This document shows positions 1-9,853 of a stretch of DNA of 64,000 nucleotides, piece by piece; positions within the stretch are counted from its first letter, which is position 1; the number at the start of each line of letters is the position of its first letter. Origin of the DNA: Enterobacteria phage Kha5h; sequence record NC_054905.1; one strand, written 5' to 3'. The notes below the pieces were generated by a model. The model searched no databases. It had not been told where the DNA came from and worked only from the letters and a program-made list of their open reading frames with translations. A program made the translations under genes and the position numbers.

Positions 1-155
1 CGTCCAATCTTCTGATCATTCTGTTTCATCGTCTGATGAAGCTCTTTTTCCCATTTATCCAAAATTTGAGGAGTTACAATATCGCCTTTTTCTAGCAAAG
101 AAACTACTTTATCATATGCGTAAGAATTAATGACGTTTTTAATTTGAATAGTCAT
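1..155 (-). CDS. hypothetical early protein, 5' part (gene continues past the left edge)
   Basis: ATG at 153-155 with GAGGA Shine-Dalgarno upstream; open frame MTIQIKNVINSYAYDK... runs to position 1. Confidence 0.4.
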   Translation of the reverse strand, partial: MTIQIKNVINSYAYDKVVSLLEKGDIVTPQILDKWEKELHQTMKQNDQKIG

Positions 156-190
156 ACATTATCCTCAATTGCATTAAAATTTTATTATCC

Positions 191-209
191 AAAAAGGGCC
201 GAAGCCCTT
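191..209 (-). terminator. intrinsic terminator
   Basis: minus-strand hairpin GGGCTTCGGCCC followed by TTTTT. Confidence 0.6.
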
Positions 210-408
210 AGCTAAACCGTTTGGCACCCTTCCAGCCTTCATACATCATTGCGGCTGATATTAATATTGCTCCTGAGCAACTTGAATATTTGTGATTCCA
301 AAACCAGTTTAGAAAAACTTCGTCATCAATACCTTGGGCTATCATATTTTCAAAGAACTGACGACGAGCTTCGGCAATTCGCTGCGATAATTTAGATTCA
401 GGATTCAT
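208..408 (-). CDS. hypothetical protein (66 aa)
   Basis: ORF track; followed by hairpin plus T-run terminator. Confidence 0.45.
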   Translation of the reverse strand: MNPESKLSQRIAEARRQFFENMIAQGIDDEVFLNWFWNHKYSSCSGAILISAAMMYEGWKGAKRFS

Positions 409-624
409 TTAAATTTTCCAGTTACCATTTTCATCAATAAATTTAATCCAGTCATTTACTGACCACTTAGTTGTATCGCCTTTTGGAGTAACATTTAAAG
501 TGTATAACCCCTGCTTAAAAAGCATTCGTTTGATATTCATATTTTCCTCAGCTGTAACGATAACACTCGTTTGATTTGCGCTTAGCAACTCGTTGAGATG
601 TATTATAATCAAAATCATCGTCAA
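409..624 (-). CDS. hypothetical protein (start uncertain)
   Basis: ORF track; overlaps 548..841 in another frame, so at least one boundary is wrong. Confidence 0.3.
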   Translation of the reverse strand: MTMILIIIHLNELLSANQTSVIVTAEENMNIKRMLFKQGLYTLNVTPKGDTTKWSVNDWIKFIDENGNWKI

Positions 625-841
625 TGTAAACTGATTTTTTCAACTTTCTTACTTCACCACGTAATTGGCGATTTAGCTCATCTTTAACTTCTGAATCAAT
701 ACCTTTCATTCTACGCCATTTATCTGAGCGAAAAATGTTTTCAACCATATCTTTATGACTTACCCCATCAGGAGCTTTACGCTTTCCGAAATAGTCATAA
801 TCACGCACTTTTAAGTCTTTACGACGATACGTTTTACCCAT
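548..841 (-). CDS. hypothetical basic protein (97 aa)
   Basis: ORF track, start moved to ATG 839-841 (MGKTYRRK...); ATGGGTAA start/stop overlap with upstream gene. Confidence 0.45.
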   Translation of the reverse strand: MGKTYRRKDLKVRDYDYFGKRKAPDGVSHKDMVENIFRSDKWRRMKGIDSEVKDELNRQLRGEVRKLKKSVYIDDDFDYNTSQRVAKRKSNECYRYS

Positions 842-1016
842 GGAGTTTAATTTCCTTAGCAACTGAACTAAATGCAGCACGATCGCAAATCATGCGTTTA
901 TGTAACTTGAGTATAATATAGCAAACTTCAAAACTATTTACATGAGTAACACGAACAGCATTACCATTAATGAGATAATACTGTCCCTTTTTAATTTCTT
1001 TATCAACCATAACCAT
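834..1016 (-). CDS. hypothetical protein (60 aa)
   Basis: ORF track; ATG at 1014-1016 just downstream of an early promoter. Confidence 0.45.
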   Translation of the reverse strand: MVMVDKEIKKGQYYLINGNAVRVTHVNSFEVCYIILKLHKRMICDRAAFSSVAKEIKLHG

Positions 1017-1046
1017 ATCAATTCCTCAAAGGTAATTCATATGTTA

Positions 1047-1076
1047 ATAATACCACGGTTTGAACTTGTTGTAAAC
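1047..1076 (-). promoter_or_regulatory. T4-type early promoter (-35 GTTTAC, 18-nt spacer, TGG-TATTAT)
   Basis: minus-strand GTTTAC-N18-TGGTATTAT with upstream TTTCACAAAG element. Confidence 0.6.
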
Positions 1077-1148
1077 AACTTTGTGAAAAATATTTTAGGG
1101 AATGACAAGAAGGGAACGATAGCTTAGAATGGTAATATACAGAATGTA

Positions 1149-1173
1149 AGAAAGAAAGGCCCAGAGGGCCCGC
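1149..1173 (-). terminator. intrinsic terminator downstream of nrdH
   Basis: hairpin GGGCCCTCTGGGCC followed by TTTCTTTC. Confidence 0.55.
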
Positions 1174-1174
1174 C

Positions 1175-1483
1175 TTAGTCTTCTATGATATCTCTATCAT
1201 ATCCAAGTGAAATGAGAGTTTCTTTGAAGTGTTTAATGTTCTTTTGTCTAGAATCATTAATGAAAATGACTGGATAACGAATGTTAAGAGATGTGAATCC
1301 AGCGCGTTTAGCAAGAGATACAATCAGCGGACGATCATACTCAATCTTACCATTATTTGTAAGAACTTTATAGAAAGTAAAAGGAGCATTGAGCTCCTTT
1401 AGAAGTTTTGTAACTGATTGACATCCAGGACAACGACCTACTTCATCTGGAATTCCATAGACTTCAATCTTGTTTTGTTTCAC
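1175..1483 (-). CDS. nrdH: glutaredoxin-like protein
   Basis: CPGC redox motif; ~100 aa; sits next to nrdG/nrdD as in T4. Confidence 0.75.
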   Translation of the reverse strand: MKQNKIEVYGIPDEVGRCPGCQSVTKLLKELNAPFTFYKVLTNNGKIEYDRPLIVSLAKRAGFTSLNIRYPVIFINDSRQKNIKHFKETLISLGYDRDIIED

Positions 1484-1485
1484 AA

Positions 1486-1698
1486 CTATTCCTTACTAAG
1501 AGCAGCATTCAGCTTGTTAGTAATTTTATCTAGACGCTTATTGAACTCGCTAGAAGATAAGCCCTTTTCTGGAGAAATCAAACTAATCACGAAAAATATA
1601 GCAATAAAAGGAATAAGGAAAATAGCTCCAACTGCCATAAACAGAAAGAATGTTACAGTTGTAAGAAAATCAGCTAAACTTTTACGAAATTTATACAT
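1486..1698 (-). CDS. small hydrophobic membrane protein (70 aa)
   Basis: ORF track; long hydrophobic stretch TVTFFLFMAVGAIFLIPFIAIFFVISL. Confidence 0.5.
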   Translation of the reverse strand: MYKFRKSLADFLTTVTFFLFMAVGAIFLIPFIAIFFVISLISPEKGLSSSEFNKRLDKITNKLNAALSKE

Positions 1699-1813
1699 AT
1701 TTTACCCTTAATTGATTAACCAAGCATTGATAAGCACTAAACTATATTGCGAATAAAATTCTGGACCAAAATGAAAAATCATATCATTTATAGTATCCAT
1801 AATGTAATTCAAT

Positions 1814-2284
1814 TTAATCATGTGTCCACACCCCATCGGTATTTGACCAAAGTCGCTGATTATCTGATCCTCGCCACAGCTTTTTGGTCGGAAGATTTTT
1901 CTCATACTTCCCATCAATAATAACATCAACATATTTAAGCATTTCTAGTTGTTTAATATCTTCAAATTTATATCCTGTCCACAACCAAATGCTTTTATTG
2001 GGATAAAGATTTTTTACTGTTTGAACAATGCAATGAATAACATCTCGGTTATCAGGATAGAGAGGGTCACCTCCAGTTATAGTCAATCCTTCTATATAAT
2101 CATTATTCAAACATTCAATTAATTGCTCTAGTGTTTCACCAGTGAATGGAATACCATTTCTAGCATTCCATGTTGATTTATTATAACACCCTTCACATTT
2201 ATGCAAACAACCTGTAACGAAAAGAACGACTCTGCAACCAGGGCCATTCACAAAATCGCAAGGATAAAATCTATCATAATTCAT
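1814..2284 (-). CDS. nrdG: anaerobic ribonucleotide reductase activating protein (radical SAM)
   Basis: CxxxCxxC cluster (CLHKCEGC); 156 aa; overlaps nrdD stop. Confidence 0.9.
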   Translation of the reverse strand: MNYDRFYPCDFVNGPGCRVVLFVTGCLHKCEGCYNKSTWNARNGIPFTGETLEQLIECLNNDYIEGLTITGGDPLYPDNRDVIHCIVQTVKNLYPNKSIWLWTGYKFEDIKQLEMLKYVDVIIDGKYEKNLPTKKLWRGSDNQRLWSNTDGVWTHD

Positions 2285-4098
2285 TGGTGTTTAACCCTAT
2301 GCATGATTTCTTTATTTTTACCGAGATTAAATCCGCGTTCGTTCGGATTTCCCAAATAACCACATGTTCTTCTTATGGTATTCATCTTTTTAGGATCAGT
2401 TTCTCCACAAACTGAACAAACAAATCCGTTTTCAGTAGGAGTCATTTCATGGGTACTTCCACATGTAAAACACTTATCTACTGGCATATTAACACCAAAA
2501 TAATCTAAATGCTGCGCAGCATAATCCCATACAGCCTCAAGTCCTTTTAGGTTGTTTTTCATATCTGGAAGTTCAACATAAGAAATGTGACCACCCGTCG
2601 CAATGAAATGATACGGTGCTTCACGAGAAATCTTTTCAAACGGAGTGATATTTTCTTCTACTGAAACGTGGAAACTATTAGTGTACCAGCCTTTATCGGT
2701 AACATCTTTTACGCTTCCATATTTTTCTGTGTCGAGTTTACAGAAACGATAACACAAGTTTTCAGCAGGAGTAGAATATAAACTAAAAGCAAATCCAGTT
2801 CTTTCGGACCACTGTTTAAGATGAGCATTCATTTTAGTTAAAATTTCTTGTCCAATATCACGACCAACAAGAATATTCAATTCATGAATACCGATGTATC
2901 CTAAAGACACTGAACTTCTGCCGTTTTTAAATAACTCAATTATATCGTCATCAGGTTTAAGACGAACCCCGAATGCACCTTCTTGGTATAGAATAGGAGC
3001 AACAGTCGCTTTAACTCCTTTTAAGGAACTAATTCTACACATCAAAGCTTCAAAACACAAATCCATTCGTTCATTGAACAATTCGATAAATTTCTGTTCA
3101 TTGAACTGCGTTCCAATATAAGAATCTAATGCGATGCGAGGAAGATTCAATGTTACAACACCAAGATTATTACGTCCATCAAGAATTTCATTACCAGTCG
3201 AATCTTTCCATACGCTCAAGAAACTACGGCATCCCATCGGAGAAACAGGAATAGATGAACCAGTGATAGCTTTATTATTCTTAGCTGAAATAATATCAGG
3301 ATACATCCTTTTGCTTGCGCACTCTAGAGCAAGTTGCTTAATGTCGTAATTCGGATCGTCTTTATAAAGATTAACGCCTTCTTCAACGAACATAACAAGC
3401 TTAGGGAAAATAGGAGTTATCCCATCACGACCGAGACCTTTAATACGATTTTTCAGAATTGCTTTCTGAATCATTCGTTCAGTCCAGTCAGTTCCTGTAC
3501 CAAATGTAATTGTTACAAAAGGTGTTTGTCCGTTTGAACTAAAGAGAGTATTTACTTCATATTCATAAGCTTGGAATGCATCGTATACATCTTTTTCTGT
3601 TTTAGACTGGGCATAATTCAACGCATCAGCGATTTGCCATTTTTCTGCATCCTCAATATGTTTTGCATAGGTGCGTTTAACATAAGGAGAAAGTACTTTA
3701 TCTACATTAGCAAAAGTCGTTCCGCCATATTGGTGAGAAGCAACCTGTGCAGTAATTTGTGCCATAATTGCAGTAGCAACGCCAATTGATTTAGGAGTTT
3801 CAATCTGCGCATTACCTAGCTTAAATCCATTTTCAAGCATTCCTTTTAAATCTACTAAACAACAATTAGTAAATGGAAGAGCAGGGGAATAATCAATATC
3901 GTGGAAATGAATAATTCCGCTTTCATGCGCTTTCATAATAAAAGACGGGACCATATTTTTGGCAATGTGTTTAGACACAATACCAGCCATAAGGTCCCGT
4001 TGAGTTGGAAAAACACGAGAATCTTTATTAGCATTCTCGTTTAAAAGGTCTTTATTAGTTTTATGAATCAATCCTTCAATTTCTTTTTCAATTGTCAT
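2281..4098 (-). CDS. nrdD: anaerobic ribonucleoside-triphosphate reductase, uninterrupted
   Basis: 605 aa; C-terminal glycyl-radical motif RTCGYLG and Cys-rich Zn ribbon; single continuous frame with no intron. Confidence 0.95.
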   Translation of the reverse strand: MTIEKEIEGLIHKTNKDLLNENANKDSRVFPTQRDLMAGIVSKHIAKNMVPSFIMKAHESGIIHFHDIDYSPALPFTNCCLVDLKGMLENGFKLGNAQIETPKSIGVATAIMAQITAQVASHQYGGTTFANVDKVLSPYVKRTYAKHIEDAEKWQIADALNYAQSKTEKDVYDAFQAYEYEVNTLFSSNGQTPFVTITFGTGTDWTERMIQKAILKNRIKGLGRDGITPIFPKLVMFVEEGVNLYKDDPNYDIKQLALECASKRMYPDIISAKNNKAITGSSIPVSPMGCRSFLSVWKDSTGNEILDGRNNLGVVTLNLPRIALDSYIGTQFNEQKFIELFNERMDLCFEALMCRISSLKGVKATVAPILYQEGAFGVRLKPDDDIIELFKNGRSSVSLGYIGIHELNILVGRDIGQEILTKMNAHLKQWSERTGFAFSLYSTPAENLCYRFCKLDTEKYGSVKDVTDKGWYTNSFHVSVEENITPFEKISREAPYHFIATGGHISYVELPDMKNNLKGLEAVWDYAAQHLDYFGVNMPVDKCFTCGSTHEMTPTENGFVCSVCGETDPKKMNTIRRTCGYLGNPNERGFNLGKNKEIMHRVKHQ

Positions 4099-4568
4099 TT
4101 TAAACTCTTTCTAAGCTGCTTCTTAAATGAAGCTATTAATTGTGTTTTAGTGTCAGATTCATTATATTCAAATCCTCTTTGAAGCATCTCAGCCATCATT
4201 TCCTCTTTTCCTAAACGAGAAAATTCCTTTGATTTATCTCCAACGAAGTTAGGGTGAATATTATTTTGGGTGTAATCGGATTTTAAATAAGTAAGTAAAT
4301 TTTCTAGCCATTCAAGATAATCAACGCCTTGTCCCTTTAAGCCAGAACGATTAAATTTATGCTTCATTTGACCTTCCGCAGCATTGCAGAGATTACAGAG
4401 CAATCCACGTACCTTTCCTGCTTTTGGTCCATTTAATTCATGGTCATGGTCAAGGTGATTAGCTTGAACATCAGGATTTAGTTCTCGTTGGCAAATTAAG
4501 CATTTACCGTTTTGTGCATTATAAAATTTTTGTTTTTCTTCTTTATATAATTTGCCAGTCAATAACAT
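4095..4568 (-). CDS. 49: recombination endonuclease VII (Holliday junction resolvase)
   Basis: 157 aa; Cys-rich N-terminus plus HDHE-type motif; matches T4 gp49 as recalled; synteny after nrdD. Confidence 0.9.
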   Translation of the reverse strand: MLLTGKLYKEEKQKFYNAQNGKCLICQRELNPDVQANHLDHDHELNGPKAGKVRGLLCNLCNAAEGQMKHKFNRSGLKGQGVDYLEWLENLLTYLKSDYTQNNIHPNFVGDKSKEFSRLGKEEMMAEMLQRGFEYNESDTKTQLIASFKKQLRKSLK

Positions 4569-4617
4569 AATAAAACCCTTACCTTAAATAGATAAGGGTA
4601 TTTATTATTTTCAAGTA

Positions 4618-5082
4618 TTAAAACGCTCGGTCAGAAAAAGAAATTTGAGTTTCAAGCCATTCAATATATTCTGCCGCGGCTTGCATTAAATTTCCTTCAT
4701 AATCATCAATATCTTTTTTCAACGCCGATTTAGATAATGCATATGAAATTCGTTCACCCTGAAATCCAGCTTTAGGTTTATGAAGAACTTGATCAATTCG
4801 TTCTACAACTTCTTCAATTTCGCCATTTTCTGCGGATTCAGTATTCCACAAGCACCAATACGTAATTGGCTTATCATAGATGTTAATAATCTTTCCATCA
4901 GAAAGTTCAATTTCAATAATTCCAGTATCAGGTTCTATATCATCTTCGCATTCTTTTGCAAGTTCACGAACTTTAAAGACAGTACCTGCACTAAGTTCCG
5001 GCCAGTAATTACACAGCCCTTTATCAGCACGATTAATTCTAAACCACTTATCTACTGCAATCATGTCCCATCTCCATATCAA
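4618..5082 (-). CDS. hypothetical protein at the position of T4 pin
   Basis: ORF track, 154 aa; positional inference only. Confidence 0.5.
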   Translation of the reverse strand: MIWRWDMIAVDKWFRINRADKGLCNYWPELSAGTVFKVRELAKECEDDIEPDTGIIEIELSDGKIINIYDKPITYWCLWNTESAENGEIEEVVERIDQVLHKPKAGFQGERISYALSKSALKKDIDDYEGNLMQAAAEYIEWLETQISFSDRAF

Positions 5083-5187
5083 TTAAGTCATTTATTGTTG
5101 GTTCATTATATACTGTTTCTTCATCAGTGTAAACCGGTTCTTCCGGCTCTGGCTCTACAGTTTCCCATCTAGCCGCCCACCAGGGTT

Positions 5188-5508
5188 TTATAGCGTAATC
5201 CATTCTCGTACTATCTGAGTTACTACACGTTCATGGGGCTCGACTAGTTCAACAGTCGGAACTGCATAATACCAGTCAGAATGATAAGAACCTGACCGAG
5301 ATTCATTTACCGCTACATGTACATTATGTTTTGGACTAAAGTAAACACACTGACGATATTGACATTTACCATCTTGCACCCAGTCTTCTATTTCGACAGG
5401 TTTAAGATAATCGGAAAAATCGAAATCATAGTTTTCCGAAAATGCATCATGGTCTTCAATGATTTCGCTCAGAACTGCATCAACATCTAATTTATTTTCA
5501 ATAGTCAT
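5188..5508 (-). CDS. hypothetical acidic protein (106 aa)
   Basis: ORF track; ATG at 5506-5508. Confidence 0.5.
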   Translation of the reverse strand: MTIENKLDVDAVLSEIIEDHDAFSENYDFDFSDYLKPVEIEDWVQDGKCQYRQCVYFSPKHNVHVAVNESRSGSYHSDWYYAVPTVELVEPHERVVTQIVREWITL

Positions 5509-5518
5509 TTTTCACCAA

Positions 5519-5689
5519 TTAATTTCGCAATTTATTAAGTTCTTCATCATCAATCCAGGATTCTAGTCCTGATGGCAGGGCACATTCAATTTCCCAAAGA
5601 AGTTCTTCAATTTTCTGAAGACGTTCTAGTTCTTCGGCTGGAATAGTAACCATTGACGGAGCTCGTGATACATTAATATCGTAAATCAT
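5519..5689 (-). CDS. hypothetical small protein (56 aa)
   Basis: hand-translated ORF (MIYDINVSRAPSMV...), ATG overlaps upstream stop; below ORF-track size cutoff. Confidence 0.35.
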   Translation of the reverse strand: MIYDINVSRAPSMVTIPAEELERLQKIEELLWEIECALPSGLESWIDDEELNKLRN

Positions 5690-5691
5690 AT

Positions 5692-5907
5692 TTACCCCAA
5701 TTTAACCATACAATCGCCGTATTTCCACTTAGAAATAGACTTTTCACCATTAGAATAATAAACTTCGAGTTTAGCACGATTATTTTTAATTTGAATAACC
5801 TTTGCTGTCATCAAAGTTCCATACCCATAATAAACTGCAACTTCATCACCTACATATACCGCGCTTCCGCGGTAATCGTGAATATAGTCAGTTCCTTCGA
5901 GCATCAT
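5692..5907 (-). CDS. hypothetical protein (71 aa)
   Basis: ORF track; abuts nrdC. Confidence 0.5.
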   Translation of the reverse strand: MMLEGTDYIHDYRGSAVYVGDEVAVYYGYGTLMTAKVIQIKNNRAKLEVYYSNGEKSISKWKYGDCMVKLG

Positions 5908-6167
5908 TTAAAATATTCTCGCAGTTGGTCAAATCCACCAATATGACTTCCATCAGGAGCAAATACCTGGGGCATTGTCAAGCCGATTTGAGTATCACGA
6001 CCTAGTTTAGTCAGAAGCTCAGCGATTTTCTCATCATCAAAAACACCTTTTTCCGGCATAATGTTGATAAATTCAAACGGCTGTTTCTTCACGGTCAAAA
6101 GACGTTTTGCATTATCGCAATACACACATTTATGAATGTTGCTATCATAACCATATACTTTAAACAT
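5904..6167 (-). CDS. nrdC: thioredoxin/glutaredoxin
   Basis: 87 aa; CVYC active site; sequence matches T4 thioredoxin as recalled. Confidence 0.9.
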   Translation of the reverse strand: MFKVYGYDSNIHKCVYCDNAKRLLTVKKQPFEFINIMPEKGVFDDEKIAELLTKLGRDTQIGLTMPQVFAPDGSHIGGFDQLREYFK

Positions 6168-6168
6168 A

Positions 6169-6411
6169 TTATTCCTTAATTCCTAGTACTTGTTTAAAAG
6201 TCTCGTCGTAATCAAGACTTTGGCCCGTTTGTTCTTTATGTTTGTATATAATATCACTTACTTCTGATAGCATATTTTTATATGAACGAGTTAAAGCAGA
6301 TTTAAGCACGCTGTATCTATCAGGAAATTTACCATGTTCATTATAATAAGCTATTGCTAATTCACGGACTGCCTTTTCAGCAGCTTCCATATATTCTTTA
6401 CGCTTGGTCAT
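6169..6411 (-). CDS. hypothetical protein (80 aa)
   Basis: ORF track. Confidence 0.5.
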   Translation of the reverse strand: MTKRKEYMEAAEKAVRELAIAYYNEHGKFPDRYSVLKSALTRSYKNMLSEVSDIIYKHKEQTGQSLDYDETFKQVLGIKE

Positions 6412-6413
6412 TT

Positions 6414-6803
6414 TTAATCCAAAATATTATTAGGCATTGGTTGAACACTCACAAGTTCTTTAAAGAACTCAGTAGAGTCAGGCAATTTAACCATTTCCGG
6501 AGCATGCTTACTGAATTTATGTTTACATTGACGGCATTTATATTCAAGCTCTGGTTTACGCCAGTTAATCAACTGAACTTGTTCAGTACCGCATTCAGGG
6601 CAATTAGGAACGTTTTTAGAAGCTCTTTCACGTCGTTCAACCATAGCCATAATAGCATCCCATGCTGGAGGTTTAAAATCTAAATCGTCGCAGCCGTGAA
6701 TCTTTCCACGCATTTCCATATCATCTTCCTCACCAGCCATAATAATTTTAATTAAACTGGAATTACTTGAAGCTGCAATGTCTTCTAATAAACGCTTTTT
6801 CAT
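6414..6803 (-). CDS. hypothetical zinc-ribbon protein
   Basis: CPECG...CRQCKH four-Cys motif; ATG at 6801-6803. Confidence 0.5.
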   Translation of the reverse strand: MKKRLLEDIAASSNSSLIKIIMAGEEDDMEMRGKIHGCDDLDFKPPAWDAIMAMVERRERASKNVPNCPECGTEQVQLINWRKPELEYKCRQCKHKFSKHAPEMVKLPDSTEFFKELVSVQPMPNNILD

Positions 6804-7729
6804 TTCAATACCTCAATAGCATTACGTAAACCATTTGCTTTTGCATTAAGAGCTTTTAACAATTTGGTGTGTTCTGTAATTTGGGCTTCAACTTCAATCA
6901 AACGGGCATTGAGATATTCACGTTCTTCACTCAGATTATCAACCTTTTCTACTTTAGGTTCTTTTACAACTGTCTTATATGTATTAGGGTTCTTCAGTTT
7001 AATTAGAATGCGTGAACTGTATAACATTGAACCATTATCTTCGGTTTCGTCATACATTTCCACTACGTCCATAATTTTTAACATCATGCGGAGTTTATAA
7101 GACAACGAACGAATAGTTTTGTTGTGCTTATTAATTTCTTTAGCTGTCATGGTGCCAAGATTACGTGAGTAATAATAAGGAACCTGGATATTAATTAATA
7201 CTGATGAACCACCTGGCTTGTGTGTTACTTCATCAGCAATAACCCAGTCCTTAACATGAACTGTATTTGTACGGTCATCGCCCGCGGTAAATAGTTTGCG
7301 AGCATGCTTAAAAAGCATATTCACTTGGTCATTGAATTGACAAGCAAATTTATCAGCAAATTTAGTTTCAGGAATGGTAGAAAACCAATCAGCCAAATGA
7401 GTCTTTTTAACATCATTAACAATAGTAAATTCAACCAAATCGGTTATAGATGTCTCAGATTTAATGAAGCTCGGCTTCATAAAGTTTTTAATGTTCTCAT
7501 GAGCTACAGTAGAAGATAACATACGAGAACGTTTAAACCATTCAAGCAAATTGCCTAACGAATGAGAATAAGCGTTTTGAGTATCTTTACAGATATGATT
7601 TTCCTGACCAACATATTGAAGGAAATCACGAAGAATATTATTGATTACTGCTCTGTGCCCGATCTGATAATTACGGTGTTTAGTAATAAGACTGTCAAAA
7701 TAATCAATATAATGTTTACGAGTTTTCAT
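6800..7729 (-). CDS. hypothetical protein with C-terminal coiled coil (309 aa)
   Basis: ORF track; heptad-like C-terminal ~50 aa. Confidence 0.55.
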   Translation of the reverse strand: MKTRKHYIDYFDSLITKHRNYQIGHRAVINNILRDFLQYVGQENHICKDTQNAYSHSLGNLLEWFKRSRMLSSTVAHENIKNFMKPSFIKSETSITDLVEFTIVNDVKKTHLADWFSTIPETKFADKFACQFNDQVNMLFKHARKLFTAGDDRTNTVHVKDWVIADEVTHKPGGSSVLINIQVPYYYSRNLGTMTAKEINKHNKTIRSLSYKLRMMLKIMDVVEMYDETEDNGSMLYSSRILIKLKNPNTYKTVVKEPKVEKVDNLSEEREYLNARLIEVEAQITEHTKLLKALNAKANGLRNAIEVLK

Positions 7730-7781
7730 ATTCTTCTCACTTGGTTAATGGTTTATACTCCGAGCCATCCTTGGCTTTAAA

Positions 7782-8783
7782 TTACTTAATTAACTGTAAA
7801 GCTTGTTCAAGACGATCAAGACGATTAACGGATTCTTCCCAAATCTTTTTAGCCTGCTCATATTCTTTCTGCGCTTTATTAGAAATTTCTAGAACTTCTT
7901 TATAAGCTTTTTCTAATGCAATAACTTCTGGACGAATTTCTACCGGTTCAGGTGAATCATCAAGACATTCCATTAGTTCCTCAAGGGTAGTTTCTTCTTT
8001 AGGAGTATTCACAATTTCATCACATTTTTGTTGGTAAATTTCTTTACTAGTAGGTGAATAAGCACATTTCACTTCACGAAGACTAATTACAATTTTATAT
8101 CCTTCCCATCCGCATATATTCTTAAAAGGATATGTATGAATATTTTCTACTGTTTCCATACAAAGTAATGCAGTCTCTAACTGACGAGTTATAGTGCTAG
8201 CAATTGAGAAAAATTTATTAATATTCTTTTGGTTAGCGTTTGGTGTAAAAAATCCATAATTCACAAAAATAGCTACTTTATTTTCATCAAGCTCATATTC
8301 TTTTACGATAATCATATCAGAAGCCAAAGGATGAATTTGACGATAATCGCCATAACATAATTTAGAAGCTGATTTTAGAATTTGTCCTTTGAAAAGTCTG
8401 AAATTACTAATCCAACGACGAGTAAAAATATTCTCAGGGTCTTCTTTATTATTAAGATGATAAGAATTAACATCACCGAACCAATTATATCCTACTACAT
8501 CTTTAGTTCGTTTAATTTCTTTCCCAAAATTACCAAGAATATCCCGATTAACCAAATATGAAAGAAGACGAGACTCTTTAAAGGTTTTCTTGATAACATC
8601 TTTATCTACACGGCTAGAAATTTTACGAATTTCATGAATAAATTTAGCAGAAGAAACAATACTTGCATCAACACTATTGAGCCATTGGTTGATAATAGAA
8701 AGAACGCTATTTTGGCCAAACATCGGTATAGCTTTATCATCAATAACGCTATTGAATGATTTGATATATTCGTTACGAGTCAT
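7782..8783 (-). CDS. hypothetical protein with C-terminal coiled coil (333 aa)
   Basis: start moved to ATG 8781-8783 (MTRNEY...) behind GAGGAG SD; the ORF-track N-terminus is promoter read-through. Confidence 0.55.
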   Translation of the reverse strand: MTRNEYIKSFNSVIDDKAIPMFGQNSVLSIINQWLNSVDASIVSSAKFIHEIRKISSRVDKDVIKKTFKESRLLSYLVNRDILGNFGKEIKRTKDVVGYNWFGDVNSYHLNNKEDPENIFTRRWISNFRLFKGQILKSASKLCYGDYRQIHPLASDMIIVKEYELDENKVAIFVNYGFFTPNANQKNINKFFSIASTITRQLETALLCMETVENIHTYPFKNICGWEGYKIVISLREVKCAYSPTSKEIYQQKCDEIVNTPKEETTLEELMECLDDSPEPVEIRPEVIALEKAYKEVLEISNKAQKEYEQAKKIWEESVNRLDRLEQALQLIK

Positions 8784-8811
8784 AATAATCTCCTCAGTAG
8801 AAAGTAAGAAC

Positions 8812-8841
8812 ATTATACCACATCCTTGTGGCAATGTAAAC
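8812..8841 (-). promoter_or_regulatory. T4-type early promoter (GTTTAC-N18-TGG-TATAAT)
   Basis: minus-strand match ahead of gene 7782..8783. Confidence 0.6.
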
Positions 8842-9845
8842 TAGTTCAGTGCATTTAGTGCATTGTTCAGTTTAGAACGTTGCTTCGTAAGATTTTTGAC
8901 TTTTTCTTGAGCTTTTTCCAGCATCTTTTCAGCTTCTAACACTTCATTAGTTGCTTTAACGAGTTCATCATCTACTGCCTTGATAGACTTCTCAATCGCA
9001 TCCGTGTGCCATTTTTCAACAGGTTTAAGACTCGGATTTTCAACAGGAAGAAAATTCACTTTATTGAATTTCCATGCATCATTATTACCTGAACTATACA
9101 TCCAAAATTTAGGATCGTTTGATGAGTAATTAGTTTGGGGTTCAGGTTTTTTCTCTTGTGTAACTTCGTCCTTTCTCAAAAAATCATATTTAAATGAAAC
9201 GATCATATCAAGTTCATATGTTGTCGTATCTAATTTAAATCGTTCGAAATGCTGCGAAATCTTAGACTGAACAGCAGCAACAACATCCATATACTTAAAT
9301 GCTTCTGTCAACTGTGATTTAAGGCATTCACAAATTGAAAGAGAATTTTTAGTATTAGGCTTAAAGCTAATTCGCGCAGTTCTATTATTTTCCTTTAATG
9401 GTCTTACTTCCATCTGAAGAGTATAACCATCAAATTTAAGATTCTTTAAGTTAATATCAGAGCCTTTTAATCGACTAGCAGTAGACAAAATTTGCTTTAA
9501 TTGTCTACGGAACAGAGCAATAAATCTCCATTCAATACGATAATGATTTGGATTGAAAAATCCAGATGATAAATCGACCTTACTTTGACCAACGCCTTGA
9601 ACAAATAGAGGATTTTTATAATCAATAGTTTTACAGAAATCGGTGAGCTGCTCACGAGCAGTCATTTGTGTAATATATCCAGCTTTATCAAAATGACGTA
9701 ACCATTCACTGCTATTCATATACTTAAAGTGAATATCACGATTAACTTTATCAGGGTCTAAATTATTTTGGCACAAAAATGTCATAACATCACGAGTATA
9801 GCTGGCATTACGAACCATATCTTCAATTTGAGAACGAGTTTTCAT
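8841..9845 (-). CDS. hypothetical protein with C-terminal coiled coil (334 aa)
   Basis: ORF track; ATG with AAGGA SD. Confidence 0.55.
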   Translation of the reverse strand: MKTRSQIEDMVRNASYTRDVMTFLCQNNLDPDKVNRDIHFKYMNSSEWLRHFDKAGYITQMTAREQLTDFCKTIDYKNPLFVQGVGQSKVDLSSGFFNPNHYRIEWRFIALFRRQLKQILSTASRLKGSDINLKNLKFDGYTLQMEVRPLKENNRTARISFKPNTKNSLSICECLKSQLTEAFKYMDVVAAVQSKISQHFERFKLDTTTYELDMIVSFKYDFLRKDEVTQEKKPEPQTNYSSNDPKFWMYSSGNNDAWKFNKVNFLPVENPSLKPVEKWHTDAIEKSIKAVDDELVKATNEVLEAEKMLEKAQEKVKNLTKQRSKLNNALNALN

Positions 9846-9853
9846 AGTGTTCC

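Noticed and set aside
1708-1932. 74-aa minus-strand ORF
   Set aside because: Overlaps the 3' end of nrdG by about 120 nt in another frame, with no ribosome-binding site
942-3789. Plus-strand ORFs in the early region (942..1127, 1418..1711, 2894..3121, 3134..3349, 3334..3537, 3571..3789 and similar)
   Set aside because: Antisense to strongly supported minus-strand genes (nrdH, nrdD and others); AT-rich sequence yields such frames by chance
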